Below, piece by piece: positions 1 through 15,224 of a stretch of 64,000 nucleotides of DNA. Below the pieces are notes generated by a model. The model did not search any database. It was not told the origin of the DNA and saw only the letters and a list, made by a program, of their open reading frames with translations. The position numbers and the translations under genes are program-made. Origin of the DNA: Eledone cirrhosa. Lineage: Eukaryota. Location: positions 366,854,001 through 366,918,000 of the forward strand of contig OZ024741.1 of assembly GCA_964016885.1 (NCBI GenBank), written 5' to 3'. The number at the start of each line of letters is the position of its first letter. Position 1 is the first letter of the stretch.

Positions 1-1490
<1,490 letters not shown>

Positions 1491-1651
1491 GCAAGGGAAA
1501 GATGGAGGCAGAGTTAGGTTAGGTCAGTGTGTGTGTATGTATGCAACAAGAAGTGAACAGAAAAATACAACAACAACAACAAAAACAACAGGATTGAGAT
1601 ATTTCAAGTAATGAGTAAGTAAAAGCTGGGATCGTTATATTCCCATTCAGT

Positions 1652-1880
1652 TTAACTCTTTACCATTTACATTACTCTATATTTACTATTTATATTTTCA
1701 GTGTTTGGCTTTATCTCACATAATTATCTTGCATAATATCAAATCTATGAGATTTAGATATCATTTATTTTGAGAACAATACCTTAACATTAGTATGAGC
1801 AGCTGGTTACAGCCAGTTTGAACAGAAAAAGGTGAGAGAATTCTGACTGGATATGGTCAGTTTAAATACTAAAGGGTTAA
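1652..1880 (+). mobile_element. piggyBac-type MITE family 1 (TTAA-flanked, ~190-230 bp)
   Basis: TTAA-ctctttaccattta ... taaatactaaaggg-TTAA; interior shared with 8 other copies in the window. Confidence 0.85.
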
Positions 1881-1885
1881 TATTA

Positions 1886-2272
1886 ATTGTTTCTACGTTA
1901 GGCACAAGGCCAGCAATTACCCAGTGCATTACTGGTACTTTATTTTATCGACCCCGTAAGGTTGAAAGGCAAAGTTAACCTCGGCGGGATTTGAACTCAG
2001 AACGTAAAGGGCCATAACTTTATGCTGCAAAGCATGGTGTCTGAAACTCTACTAATACTGCCATCCACAGCACAAAGGATTAATATTAATTGTTTCTACT
2101 TTTGGCACAAGGCCAGCAAATACCCAGTGCATTACGGGTACTTTATTTTATCGACCCCGTAAGAATGAAAAGCAAAGTTAACCTCGGTGGGATTTGAAAT
2201 CAGAATGGGAAGGGCCGTAACTCTATGCGTCAAAGCATGGCGTCCAACACTGTCGATACTGCCAATCCACAG
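1886..2272 (-). mobile_element. Two tandem copies of tRNA-derived SINE family A
   Basis: Reverse complement gives the tggcagtat head, gttcaaatcc B box and gcctttcatccttacggggtcgataaaataaagtacc central domain; copies ~1886-2072 and ~2088-2272. Confidence 0.8.
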
Positions 2273-2489
2273 GATTAATATCAATATTTGGTATTCACAC
2301 CTACTGAGATAGCTGTGACACATACACACACCTTAAAATACCTGTAGTGAGACTTATGTGAGTTCATTAGCCATAAACATTGTATTTGATTTCATACACA
2401 CCTCTATTATTCAGTTTATAAACTATCCTATGAATTATAAACTATTCAGGATGAAGGTGAGGCACAACACTTTTCTCTACCTTCCTCTT

Positions 2490-4070
2490 CACCACAACCA
2501 TGACAACCACCACTGCTGCTACCATCAACACCACCATACCGCCCCCACAACCATTACCATCACCACCACTACCACAACTACCACTTCCACTACTTCTGCC
2601 ACTACTACAACCACCACTATCAGCCCCACTACCACCACCATCACTACCACAACCACCACCACCACTATCAGTCCCACCAACACCACTATACCACCCCCAA
2701 ACCACTACCACCACTACCACTACCACCAACACCACCATACTATCCCCACAACCACTACTACCACCAACACCACTACCACCAACTACCACCCCCTCCACTA
2801 CCTCTACTACCACCACTAATACCACTACCAATCAGCCCCACTACCACCTCCACCAACACCACCATACTATCGCCACAGCCACTACTACCATCACCACTAC
2901 TACTACCACCACTACCGCCACCACCTCCACTACTATCCCCATCACTACAACCATCACCATCATTGTAACTACATCCATCATCATCTTCATCACAACCATA
3001 ACTATGACAAACATTATCACCACCACCACTACAACCACCACCACTATCAGTCCCACCACTACCACCACTACCACCACCACCACTACCACGATCAGCCCCA
3101 CCACTACCACCACTACCACCACTACCACCACCACCACTACCACCACTACCACCACCACCACTACCACCACTACCACCACCACCACTACCACCACCACCAC
3201 TACCACTATCAGCCCCACCACTCCCACCACCACTACCACCACCACCACTACCACGATCAGCCCCACCACTACCACCACTACCACCACTACCACCACCACC
3301 ACTACCACCACCACCACTACCACTATCAGCCCCACCACTCCCACCACCACTACCACCACCACCACCCCTAACCCCACTTCCGCCACCACCACTACCGTCA
3401 CTACCGCCACCCTCACCCCACCCCCACCACTATCAGCCCACCACTACCCCTACTACCACCACTACCCCCACCACCACCACTACTATCCCCATCACCATCA
3501 TCTTCACCATCTCCCTCATCATCTTCACCACCACCATAACAATGACTAGCATTATCACCACAACCACTTCAAGTGACATCATCACTTCCACCATCATTAC
3601 CACCACCACCACCACCACCATCACCATCACCATCCTATCACCACCACCACCACCATCACCACCACCACCACCACCACCACCACCATCACCATCACCATCC
3701 TATCACCACCACCACCACCATCACCACCACCACCACCACCACCACCACTATCAACACCACCACCACCACCACCACCATCACCATCACCATCCTATCACCA
3801 CCACCACCACCATCACCACCACCACCACCACCACCACCACCATCACCATCACCATCCTATCACCACCACCACCACCATCACCACCACCACCACCACCACC
3901 ACCACTATCAACACCACCACCACCACCACCACCACCACCACCACCACCACCACCACCACCATCACCACCACCATCCTATCACCACCACCACCACCATCAC
4001 CACCACCACCACCACCACCACCACCACCACTATCAACACCACCACCACCATCCCATCACCACCACCACCA
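2490..4070. repeat. Cryptic (ACC/ACT/ATC)n trinucleotide tract
   Basis: Direct inspection; produces spurious poly-T/P/H ORFs. Confidence 0.95.
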
Positions 4071-4127
4071 AGGCTAGACTGAGGTGTGGTACATCAGTGG
4101 TAGGTGTAGAATTATTATCAATAGAGG

Positions 4128-6765
4128 CTGTAGTAGCAATAGTAGTGGTGGTGATAGTGGTGGTGGTAGTGGATGGTAATAGTAGCAATAGTAGTGGTGG
4201 TGGTAGTGGGTGGTAATAGTAGCAATAGTAGTGGTGGTGGTAGTGGATGGTAATAGTAGCAATAGTAGTGGTGGTGGTAGTGGATGGTAATAGTAGCAAT
4301 AGTAGTGGTGGTGATAGTGGTGGTGGTAGTGGATGGCAATAGTAGCAATAGTAGTGGTGGTGGTAGTGGATGGTAATAGTAGCAATAGTAGTGGTGGTGA
4401 TAGTGGTGGTGGTAGTGGATGGCAATAGTAGCAATAGTAGTGGTGGTGGTAGTGGATGGTAATAGTAGCAATAGTAGTGGTGGTGGTAGTGGATGGTAAT
4501 AGTAGCAATAGTAGTGGTGGTGATAGTGGTGGTGGTAGTGGATGGTAATAGTAGCAATAGTAGTGGTGGTGGTAGTGGATGGCAATAGTAGCAATAGTAG
4601 TGGTGGTGATAGTGGTGGTGGTAGTGGATGGTAATAGTAGCAATAGTAGTGGTGGTGGTAGTGGATGGCAATAGTAGCAATAGTAGTGGTGGTGGTAGTG
4701 GATGGTAATAGTAGCAATAGTAGTGGTGGTGATAGTGGTGGTGGTAGTGGATGGTAATAGTAGCAATAGTAGTGGTGGTGGTAGTGGATGGTAATAGTAG
4801 CAATAGTAGTGGTGGTGATAGTGGTGGTGGTAGTGGATGGTAATAGTAGCAATAGTAGTGGTGGTGGTAGTGGATGGCAATAGTAGCAATAGTAGTGGTG
4901 GTGGTAGTGGATGGTAATAGTAGCAATAGTAGTGGTGGTGATAGTGGTGGTGGTAGTGGATGGTAATAGTAGCAATAGTAGTGGTGGTGGTAGTGGATGG
5001 TAATAGTAGCAATAGTAGTGGTGGTGATAGTGGTGGTGGTAGTGGATGGTAATAGTAGCAATAGTAGTGGTGGTGGTAGTGGATGGTAATAGTAGCAATA
5101 GTAGTGGTGGTGGTAGTGGATGGTAATAGTAGCAATAGTAGTGGTGGTGGTAGTGGATGGTAATAGTAGCAATAGTAGTGGTGGTGATAGTGGTGGTGGT
5201 AGTGGATGGTAATAGTAGCAATAGTAGTGGTGGTGGTAGTGGATGGTAATAGTAGCAATAGTAGTGGTGGTGATAGTGGTGGTGGTAGTGGATGGTAATA
5301 GTAGCAATAGTAGTGGTGGTGGTAGTGGATGGTAATAGTAGCAATAGTAGTGGTGGTGGTAGTGGTGGTGGTAGTGGATGGTAATAGTAGCAATAGTAGT
5401 GGTGGTGATAGTGGTGGTGGTAGTGGATGGTAATAGTAGCAATAGTAGTGGTGGTGGTAGTGGATGGTAATAGTAGCAATAGTAGTGGTGGTGGTAGTGG
5501 ATGGTAATAGTAGCAATAGTAGTGGTGGTGATAGTGGTGGTGGTAGTGGATGGTAATAGTAGCAATAGTAGTGGTGGTGATAGTGGTGGTGGTAGTGGAT
5601 GGTAATAGTAGCAATAGTAGTGGTGGTGGTAGTGGATGGTAATAGTAGCAATAGTAGTGGTGGTGATAGTGGTGGTGGTAGTGGATGGTAATAGTAGCAA
5701 TAGTAGTGGTGGTGATAGTGGTGGTGGTAGTGGATGGTAATAGTAGCAATAGTAGTGGTGGTGATAGTGGTGGTGGTAGTGGATGGTAATAGTAGCAATA
5801 GTAGTGGTGGTGATAGTGGTGGTGGTAGTGGATGGTAATAGTAGCAATAGTAGTGGTGGTGGTAGTGGATGGTAATAGTAGCAATAGTAGTGGTGGTGGT
5901 AGTGGATGGTAATAGTAGCAATAGTAGTGGTGGTGATAGTGGTGGTGGTAGTGGATGGTAATAGTAGCAATAGTAGTGGTGGTGGTAGTGGATGGTAATA
6001 GTAGCAATAGTAGTGGTGGTGATAGTGGTGGTGGTAGTGGATGGTAATAGTAGCAATAGTAGTGGTGGTGGTAGTGGATGGTAATAGTAGCAATAGTAGT
6101 GGTGGTGATAGTGGTGGTGGTAGTGGATGGTAATAGTAGCAATATTAGTGGTGGTGGTAGTGGATGGTAATAGTAGCAATAGTAGTGGTGGTGGTAGTGG
6201 ATGGTAATAGTAGCAATAGTAGTGGTGGTGATAGTGGTGGTGGTAGTGGATGGTAATAGTAGCAATAGTAGTGGTGGTGGTAGTGGATGGTAATAGTAGC
6301 AATAGTAGTGGTGGTGGTAGTGGATGGTAATAGTAGCAATAGTAGTGGTGGTGATAGTGGTGGTGGTAGTGGATGGTAATAGTAGCAATAGTAGTGGTGG
6401 TGGTAGTGGATGGTAATAGTAGCAATAGTAGTGGTGGTGATAGTGGTGGTGGTAGTGGATGGTAATAGTAGCAATAGTAGTGGTGGTGGTAGTGGATGGT
6501 AATAGTAGCAATAGTAGTGGTGGTGATAGTGGTGGTGGTAGTGGATGGTAATAGTAGCAATAGTAGTGGTGGTGGTAGTGGATGGTAATAGTAGCAATAG
6601 TAGTGGTGGTGGTAGTGGATGGTAATAGTAGCAATAGTAGTGGTGGTGGTAGTGGATGGTAATAGTAGCAATAGTAGTGGTGGTGGTAGTGGATGGTAAT
6701 AGTAGCAATAGTAGTGGTGGTGGTAGTGGATGGTAATAGTAGCAATAGTAGTGGTGGTGGTAGTG
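4128..6765. repeat. Minisatellite with 37-bp unit atggtaatagtagcaatagtagtggtggtggtagtgg and a 52-bp variant (+15 bp)
   Basis: Near-perfect units over ~2.6 kb, in two interspersed lengths. Confidence 0.95.
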
Positions 6766-7077
6766 ACAATTGTAGTAGTGCTGCTGCTGTTGATTAGCTT
6801 GCTAGTGTTGGTGTTGGTAACAATAGTGGTGACGGTGGTGGTAATGATGGTGGTGGTAGTGGTTGTGATGGTGATGGTGCTGCTGCTGCTGCTGCAGTTC
6901 CGGTTGATGTTGCTGCTGCTGGTAGTGTTGGTGTTGGTGCTGGTGTTGCTGGTGCCGGTGTTGGAATTAGTGAATGAGATGGTCTTCTAGTGGTACTTTA
7001 AGTAATGGTGTAGTGGGTGGTGCTAATACTATTTGTAAGAAGTGGTACTGGGTGTGGTGCTGTCTTTGATAGATAAG

Positions 7078-7108
7078 TATAGTAGTAGTGGTGGTGGTGG
7101 TGGTGGTG

Positions 7109-7153
<45 letters not shown>

Positions 7154-7168
7154 CTAGTAGTAGTGATG

Positions 7169-7222
<54 letters not shown>

Positions 7223-7225
7223 ATG

Positions 7226-7282
<57 letters not shown>

Positions 7283-7307
7283 ATGGTGGTGGTAGTAGTA
7301 GTAGTGA

Positions 7308-7348
<41 letters not shown>

Positions 7349-7432
7349 ATGGTGGTAATAGTAGTAGTAGTAGTAGTAGTAGTAGTGATGGTAGTAGTAG
7401 TAGTAGTAGTAGTGGTAGTAGTAGTAGTAGTA
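7078..7432. repeat. (AGT/GGT)n microsatellite
   Basis: Direct inspection. Confidence 0.95.
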
Positions 7433-7804
7433 ATTTCAACTATATATATATATTGATGTGTGTATGAGTGTGCATATGTGTATTTATGTGTTTGTTTATG
7501 TGTGTGCATGTTTGGATGTAGGTGTATTTGTACATGTGCGTGGCTGTATGGTATAAATAATAATGTAAATATATACATTCAAGTACTAGTATAAATCACC
7601 ATCATCATCACCATCACCATCATCATCACCATCACCATCATCATCACCATCATCATTATCATTTTACCTCCATTTTTCATGCTGACATTAATGGAGTGTT
7701 TAATCTATATGTGAATATATAATGAGTGCGTGTGTGTGTGTCTTTATATCATCATCATCATCATCATCATCATCATTTTACATCCGCTTTTCCCTGTATG
7801 TATG

Positions 7805-8092
7805 CAAGGGCCTTGTTTCAGGGGGGTACCAGGGGACATGCCCCCCCCCCCCCCACACACACACACTTTTTCAAACGTCTATCTTTTACTTTTTGTTTAT
7901 TTGATATAATAAATTCTTTTTAAGCTTATTTTTTTATATCTGAACTTCATTTGAATATATAAAATTTAATTAGCGTAAAATGTTACTTATGTGATAGGGT
8001 CTGGGAAAGGCACTATAAGCAATTTATGCTCCTTTAAGAATCAACAAATGTTGGTCTGTCCCCCTCACATTTTTAAGGCAAACGAGGCCCTG
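7805..8092. mobile_element. hAT-type MITE
   Basis: Termini caagggccttgttt / aaacgaggccctg; flanking 8-mer tatgtatg on both sides (weak, since it lies in a TATG repeat). Confidence 0.6.
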
Positions 8093-8848
8093 TATGTATG
8101 TATGTTTGTATGTATGTATATATGTATGTTTGTATGTATGTATATATGTTTGTTTGTATGTATGTATCTTTGTATGTATCTTTGTATGTATGTATGTTTT
8201 GTCAGGTCACTCTCGAGTGCTACTGGTAATATGTAACCCAGTACAACCTGCCTCATGGTCAGGTCGTCGGCGACTAAACCGGCAACCCCACCAAGCTTGC
8301 TTGATGCGGAGGTGATATTTGGACACCTTGCGGGATGAAATACAAGACCCAACAAAGGGCGGAGGAACTCAGCAGAGTCAACGGCCATCCAAATAGTAGT
8401 TTTTTGTTTTGTTTTGTTATTTTTGTTTTTTGGTTTTTTTGGTTTTTTTTCACCTGGGAGTGAAAGGCCGTCAGTTGTTGTCACAACACCTTTCTAGGGG
8501 AGGGAAACTCTAAAAAAAAACCTGTGGCTTCAGAAGCATCCTATGATATTGACCAGTTCTCCTTTTCGAGTAGTGGTTTTGATGCTCAGAGAGTGGGATT
8601 GGTTGAGTGCAAGGCCTTTCCCCACTTAAAAAACCTTCAAAGCACAGGCATTGCTTGTTCAGGATATGTTACAGGTCTGTGTGGCTGGCCGTAGCTTAAA
8701 AGTGCACCAAAATCTATAATCTGACAAGCGATTGCACTACTCTTAGCAGAGTTTGCAGCCAACATGTATGTATGTATTTATGTATGTATGCATGTATGTA
8801 AGTATGTATGTATTAGTGTAATAATGTGTGTATTCTAATTTAAATGAG

Positions 8849-9141
8849 TTAACCCCTTTTGTACCAAACTGCCTGAAACCTCTCCTGATTCTATGATATT
8901 GAGCTATTTATTTTAACAATTTTGATAGCATCCTGTTCAAAACCAGCTCTGGTTCTATTGTAACAAATAAACCGATTTTCCTATTTAAATGAAAATTTCA
9001 CAACATAATTTTATATAGGAACTTTGCATTAAGTTACTATCTTAGTTATAAAGTGATTGATAATTTTTGTAAATCCTTAAAATGTATTCATTAATTGAAA
9101 TATTGGGTATTTCATTAAAAATACTGTCATGAAAGGGTTAA
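8849..9141. mobile_element. piggyBac-type MITE family 2
   Basis: TTAA-cccctttt ... gaaaggg-TTAA; related copies at 32014, 39100, 40448 and 57562. Confidence 0.7.
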
Positions 9142-9659
9142 AGTTTTTTATTTATCTAATACCCGTTCATCATAATTTTATGTTAGATGCTTTCAGATAT
9201 ATTCTAAACACCAGTTTGATTACTAAATCCATTTAAAGTCTTGATTTTATCTTAGAGCATTATATCAATAAACATGTCAATACAATTTATATAATGAACT
9301 AGCAGAAGTGCCTGGCGTTGCTCAGAGTTTAATTGCTTTAAAGTACTTTTAATGATTCCACTTAATTATGATTATTGAGGCATTGAAAGTAAATACGGGT
9401 AAGTTTGAAAATATACAATAGCATCTACTCACCATATGTCAGACCGGCAAGACTGTAGTGGTGCTGAATAGAGGAGTCACAACACCTCTCTGTAGACCAC
9501 ATTTTTTGTTCTGCCTTTGGGCGCAAGTATAAATAATTTCTGCTTGCATCCCACTCTTGAGCGGGCGACGTATAATTGGCCGTGTGAGAAGCACGGCTGG
9601 GCTAAATGGAGGCCTGCCGTTGATAGCGTTTGGCCTTGGGACTTGTTGATTGACATCGC

Positions 9660-11545
9660 GAAGCAAAGTTTAACGGGTAATTGAAGTCGGCGCAGAGTAC
9701 AGGGGCATTCCTTACCTGATGGAGTTAATGGTATTCTGGGTATGAAGACGTTTTCGCCGCAGCCTGTGAGAATTGTGGCTTCAATTACATGCGGCAGGAG
9801 GTTCTTACCACTAACCGTGTTCCGTTGCAGAGACGTGGTGGTTCCAGGTTCCTCAACAGCATCACTGGAGTCCCAACTTTGACTTGCAGTTCATGAGGTG
9901 GCAGTCCAGAGAGATCCAAGGAATTGAGGAATTGTGTGGAAAAATCGTCAACCTCATCTTTGTCCACAACTTTGTCCACAGATTTGTAGGTACGGAGGTG
10001 TCCAGGAATGCGTTGCAGAAGGTCCTCATTGAATTTTGCAATGGAGACATTTTTGGGAGCCAACATGACTCTATCGCACAGCCAACTCGTGTTTTTGTAG
10101 TTGATGGCCATATCGGGAAAGACAGAGACTGTGAGGTTGTCAACAGTGTCGACAACGGTGCCTACTTGCGAGACTGCTATTTCTCCAGCTGCATCTGAAA
10201 GTGCAGTGCCGTCACCAACTGTTAAGAGGTCCTTTGAGAGGTCGGCTGATGAGTGGTCGCCGAACAGTTGGGCTCTCCTGTTTGTTGTGAGGGTTAGAAT
10301 TGTCACTTCCTGCCACAGGGGAGATGACTTAATGCAAGCCCCCACAGTGTCAGCCGTGGTGGCTTTTGGAACAACTGGAAGAGTTTGTCGAAAATCGCCA
10401 GACAGCAGTAGAGGTACTCCTCCCATCGGCCGGTTGCATTCCCTGATGTCTCGTAGGGTCCTGTCTAACACCTCAAGGGACCCTTTATGGGCCATTGTGC
10501 ATTCATCCCACACAATTAGGTGGCATCTTTTCAAGACTTCCGCTTTGTTAGAGTCCTTGGTGATGTTGCAGGTTATTGTGTCGTCTGAAGTCGTGTTGAA
10601 TGGTAGTTTAAATGCGGAATGAGCTGTCCTACCTCCGGGCAGCAGAGTTGTGGCAATCCCAGAAGAAGCCACAGCCAGGGCGATTCCTTTTTGCCGTCGC
10701 ACTTTGGCGGCCCGCCGTTGATCCTGCAACAATTTCGGCTCGTTTTCATTGATGAACAGTTCAAGGGCGTCAACATCGTAGGCAGTTTCCTGAATTATGC
10801 CCGTCGGAAGTTTGTCTGAGCCCGTTTGCTGAACTTTTGGAAGTGCATAGAATGGAAGGTCATTGCCGCCAGCAGTTAGGATTTTGTCCTCGATGTCAAT
10901 GAGAGCTTTGTTGAAGAATTCGTCGCTGAGTCGTACGTCGGAATGAGGGAGTAGCAGTTGTCCTTGGTGTATGTAGTCATCGGAAAGGTCCTCTCTGCAT
11001 TTGTCCCATAAGGATACAGGGTCGCTTAACTCGCATGTCTGCAGTAGCACCGCAAAGAGTTGCTGAAGAGTTCGCGCTGAGCGTATTGTAGCTGCCTCCG
11101 CCAATGTCGCATCCCACTGAGCGCCATCTTCCAGTAGACCCTGTGTAAGGCAGGCTGCGCGGAATGAAGTACAAACCTCTCCGTTGATTGTTTTTGAAAG
11201 ATGTCGGTCCTACCACCTCATGCAATAGAAGGCGGAGATAAAAGCATTCCTGTTGGTTAGGATGAATGGTGAACACTCTCCCAAGGGTAGGGGACATTTT
11301 AATGTCTGGATGTCCCTCAACGGGTTGTCCTTTCACCCTTCTTAACCAAATTCTGTTGTTTGTGTTCCATGTGTAGTATGATGGCACCTGAGAGTAGAAG
11401 AGGGTCTTGGCGAAGGGATCGTTTCGGCATAACTTATAAAATGCTGTAAGTGTGGTGTCCTTGGGTTCCTCTGCTATCTCAGCAGCGGTGGAGGTGGTGA
11501 AGTAGACTCTTTGACCGTTTTCAAGGTGCACCACCAACTGTTTAA
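9660..11545 (-). pseudogene. Helitron RepHel remnant (Pif1-family helicase), frameshifted; Rep domain and Walker A missing
   Basis: ORFs 9785-11104 and 10977-11675 contain VASSGIATTLLPGGRTAHSAFKLP, LIVWDECTM, GDFRQTLPV, LLRNLEPPRLCNGTRL, VHLENGQRVYF and ECFYLRLLL. Confidence 0.9.
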
Positions 11546-12175
11546 ATAATAGGTCAAACCTGTAAGCCAACCCGTCTGAGTTATAGCACAAAAGAGCGTA
11601 AACAGGGGCGATATTTTGGAGCACACTGGAAAATAAATCATCGAAATCGGAGGTTCCTGAAAAAAGGTTTTTCATTATTTTTTTGTCTCATATTGCAAAA
11701 AACAAAGAAAAAAAATTACAAAAAGGACAACAATAAAATATAATGTCTTTGTTGAGATTCAAGTAAATGAATGCTTAAGCATCGTTATGATTACGTTTGT
11801 TGTTTTATAAATTCATCTGTTGCTTTTGAATATTTGTTATTTGATGTAAAATGTAACATTGAGAGATTCGCGTTCCTAAACGAAGAGGGGGAATGATCTA
11901 TTATAGAGAGAGGGAAGAGCAACGGAGAGAATAAAGCTAAGAAACCATAAGGAGGTGTGTTAAACCTCGAAGCATGAAGAGAGTAAAGCAGTTAAATTAT
12001 AGAGAGGGGGAGTAATCTATTATAGAGAGCGGGAAGAGCGATGGAGTGAGTAAAGCTATGTTTGTTGTATAAATTGATGTGTTGCTTAGTTTTCAAAGTT
12101 TGTATCGCGTTCCTTGAAAAGAAGTTTTGTCGCAGTTGTAAATTGTAATGGTGATAGGGTAGTAGACAGAGGCAG

Positions 12176-12360
12176 TAACCTTTTAAAGAGAGTTGCAGAG
12201 GAGATTGAGGAGGGAGTAGAAGGAGGAATGAACCTTTTAAAGAGAATTACAGAGGAGATTGAGAGTGGAGTAGCGGGAGGAATGATCCTTTTAAAGAGAG
12301 TTGCAGAGGAGATTGAGAGTGGAGTAGAGGGAGGAATGAACCTTTTAAAGAGAGTTGCAA
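12176..12360. repeat. 54-bp tandem repeat (~3.4 copies) inside the Helitron
   Basis: aaccttttaaagagagttgcagaggagattgagagtggagtagagggaggaatg repeated. Confidence 0.85.
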
Positions 12361-12666
12361 CATGTATGTAGTTTCATAGATTGTTGATGGTAGTAGACAG
12401 AGTGAATAAGCGTGTAAGAGAGAGGGTTACAGCATGTATTTAGTTTTATCGATTTTCTTTCATAGAAGCAGGAAATTTTTGGCAAAGTTTATTACGCGTT
12501 GACCATCCTTGGTAAATTTGGACCACATTGGAAAAAAAATCATCAAAATCGGTAGAGAAATGTGGAAATGCATAAAAATCATACACACACACACACACAG
12601 ACATCTTCCATTTTATATATAGAGAGATAAGACTTTGCAGATATCTAACCAATGCAAGCATGGAAA

Positions 12667-12707
<41 letters not shown>

Positions 12708-12956
12708 ATAGTAAAAACAAAATTTAAAAAAAAGAAGAAAGGTGAATAATAAGGAAGAAAAACGGAAAATGAAGAAGGAAAAATGAAGGGAGAAGACCTG
12801 CATATTCAGTCACACATCACAAAAAGGGGTGATGGAGCTTCACTTCTAATTTTTGAAGCAATCCAACACACTCGCAGCATTGCCAAGGGTGATAGAGATT
12901 TTTCAAAATAATTTGAAATTTATTGTGTTTCTTACTAGAAATACAGTAACGAAGGT

Positions 12957-13432
12957 GAAGGCATGTGGCCATGTAGTTAGGGTGTTTGGTTCATGACCAT
13001 AAAATTGTGAATGTGATTATCAGATCAAACAGTACAATGTGTCCTTGAGTAAGACACTTTACTGCACATTGCTTCAATTCACTCACCTGCAAAAAAAAAA
13101 AATTATACTTGTAATTCAAAAGGCCATCCTTGTCACACACAGTGTCACACTGACTCTCCCTGAGAACTACATAAGTATATGAATGTCATAAGTGTATGAA
13201 TGTCTTGCATGCTGATTTCCCAAGCAATCAACTAAAATCCTCTCAGACAACGTTTCGCAGCATAGAGTTATGGCCCTTTATGTTCTGATTTCAAATCCTG
13301 TCGAGGTTAGCTTTGCCTTTCATCCTTACGGGGTCGATAGAATAAAGTACCAGTAATGCACTGGGGTCGATTTAATTAACTTTCCCCTCCCAAAACATTG
13401 TTGGCTTTGTGCCTAAATCAGAAGCCATTATT
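12957..13432 (+). mobile_element. CORE-like SINE followed by a 5'-truncated SINE family A copy
   Basis: tgtccttgagtaagacactt at ~13040; gcctttcatccttacggggtcgat at ~13315. Confidence 0.65.
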
Positions 13433-13687
13433 GTAACTGACAGAGGACCAACACATACCCCCCCCCCCTCCACACACACACAGAGTAACAAAAGCATTAC
13501 ACTAGTGTTTGGAACATAACTTGACAAAAGTTCTTATATAAAATTATCATGGAAGCTTTTTAGATAAATATATACATTTTACTTTATTTAATATGGTGAA
13601 GGTAGCAAATGAGTAGGGTCATTAAAATGTTAGATAGAATACTCTGAGGTATTCATTCCTGCTCTCTGCACCCTGGTTGATTTAGCT

Positions 13688-14044
13688 CAGGGGTGTGCAA
13701 CATATTCAGTTGGTGAGCCACTTTTGAATATTGGAACAACTATTAGGGCCAGTCAATGTCAAAAATATGTAATTTAATGAAAACCAGTGAATTGAGTCAT
13801 AAATACATTGTGAATACATTTTTAAACAATAAAGACAAATAACATGGAACTGGGAAATTATAACACACATAACTCTATCAGTGAGGCCCTTTAATATAGG
13901 TCAACTAACAGAAAATTGTATTATGGTTACGAAAAAAATTCTAAATAAGTCTACAGGTAAAAATTAAAAATGGTTATTGCAGACCACTCTGACTAATCTG
14001 GCAGGCCGGATTGTGGCCCACCAGCCGCCTGTTGCATGCCCCTG
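13688..14044. mobile_element. hAT-type MITE
   Basis: TIR caggggtgtgcaaca / tgttgcatgcccctg; 8-bp TSD atttagct / atttagcc. Confidence 0.85.
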
Positions 14045-14220
14045 ATTTAGCCTTTTTATCCTTTTAAGGTTAATAAATGAAGTCTAGTACTAGGATTGAT
14101 CCATCCCCTATTCCCCTTTTCTCTTTCTTTCTGAAAGAAATTGGCTGTGTACAGACCAAGAGGGATGGAGCTCAATCAAGTTTAATTTCCCAAGGCATCA
14201 ACCCCCATGGTTTTATGGTG

Positions 14221-14278
14221 AAGACTATACTTCACTGATGAAGCCATAATAATACTGAAACATGTCTAGAGTTGTCTT
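14221..14278 (+). ncRNA. Decayed minimal type I hammerhead ribozyme
   Basis: acttca CTGATGA ag...ct GAAA catg TC tagagt, with outer aagac/gtctt pairing; stem II only 2 bp. Confidence 0.5.
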
Positions 14279-14574
14279 CTATACTTGCTGAAAAAATGAT
14301 ACAATATTAGTCATAGACTACTATAGTTTTGTGCATAATTATTTCTTCTTATTGTTTTGATGTTTTCTGTACTCCCTATGTTAACACTAATTTAGCTATT
14401 GTTCATATGATAGGCAAGCTAAGCTAGTTAACTAAACTAAGCTAATCCTTCTTGAATGACAAAGACCAATTGAGTAATTGGTTTAAACTGGTTTCTACAG
14501 CAGTAATTAGTGGAGAAATTGTTTTGCTGAATGATTAGTTTAGTTTAATTCTATTAGATAGCTTAGCTTAGGAT

Positions 14575-15130
14575 GTGGATGCATCATAGCTGAATGGTTA
14601 AGAAGTTGGATTCACAATCACAAGATTCTAGGTACAATACCACTGTAGGGCATCATGGGAAAGTGCCTTTTAACATAGCTAGGTCAACCTAAGCCTTGTG
14701 AGTGAAATTGGGGAGATGGAAACTGTATGGAAACCTACTGAATAGACTATACCTTGTCATATGCTGAGTTATACTGAATTTCCCTAAGAATTATATTAAA
14801 GGCACATGTGTCTGTAAAATACTCAGCCACTTACATGCTAGTTTTATTAGCTAGCTTAGCTTAGTTTGTGGATGCATGATGGTCAAATAGTTAAGAAGCT
14901 GCTTCACAATCATGATGTTCAAGGTTCAATCCCATTGCTTGACATCAAGCCCCATGAGTGAAATTGAGTACATGAAAACTGTTTGGGAGTTCATTAGATG
15001 AATTGTACCTATGACTTTAAGGGCAAGCTGTGTCATATAGCCATGCTGAATCTCCCTGAGAATTATGTTAAGGGTACATATGTCTGTAGAATATTCAGCT
15101 ACTTACACATTAATTTAATGAGTAGGCAGC
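14575..15130 (+). mobile_element. Two decayed tRNA-headed SINEs
   Basis: tagctgaatggttaagaag / ggttcaatccc heads, with body shared with the 12957 and 31200 copies. Confidence 0.55.
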
Positions 15131-15224
15131 TCCATTGATCTGAATGGATGAGAAGCAAAGTTAATCTTGGCAGGACTTGAACATAGAGCATAAGTAGCCA
15201 GAATAAATGCCATGGTATTTATCT

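Larger units (their letters stand above)
9299..12627 (-). mobile_element. Internally deleted Helitron
   Basis: Minus strand starts a|TCTCTCTATATATAAAATGG and ends in an imperfect ctgagcaacgccagg hairpin then CTAG|t (AT target, no TSD); carries Pif1 helicase remnants. Confidence 0.85.

Noticed and set aside
8200-8760. GC-richer block resembling a LINE 5' UTR
   Set aside because: No ORF, termini or second copy in the window to support a call
10244-10270. CTGATGA...GAAC hammerhead-like string
   Set aside because: Lies antisense within the helicase ORF, lacks GAAA and has no convincing stems
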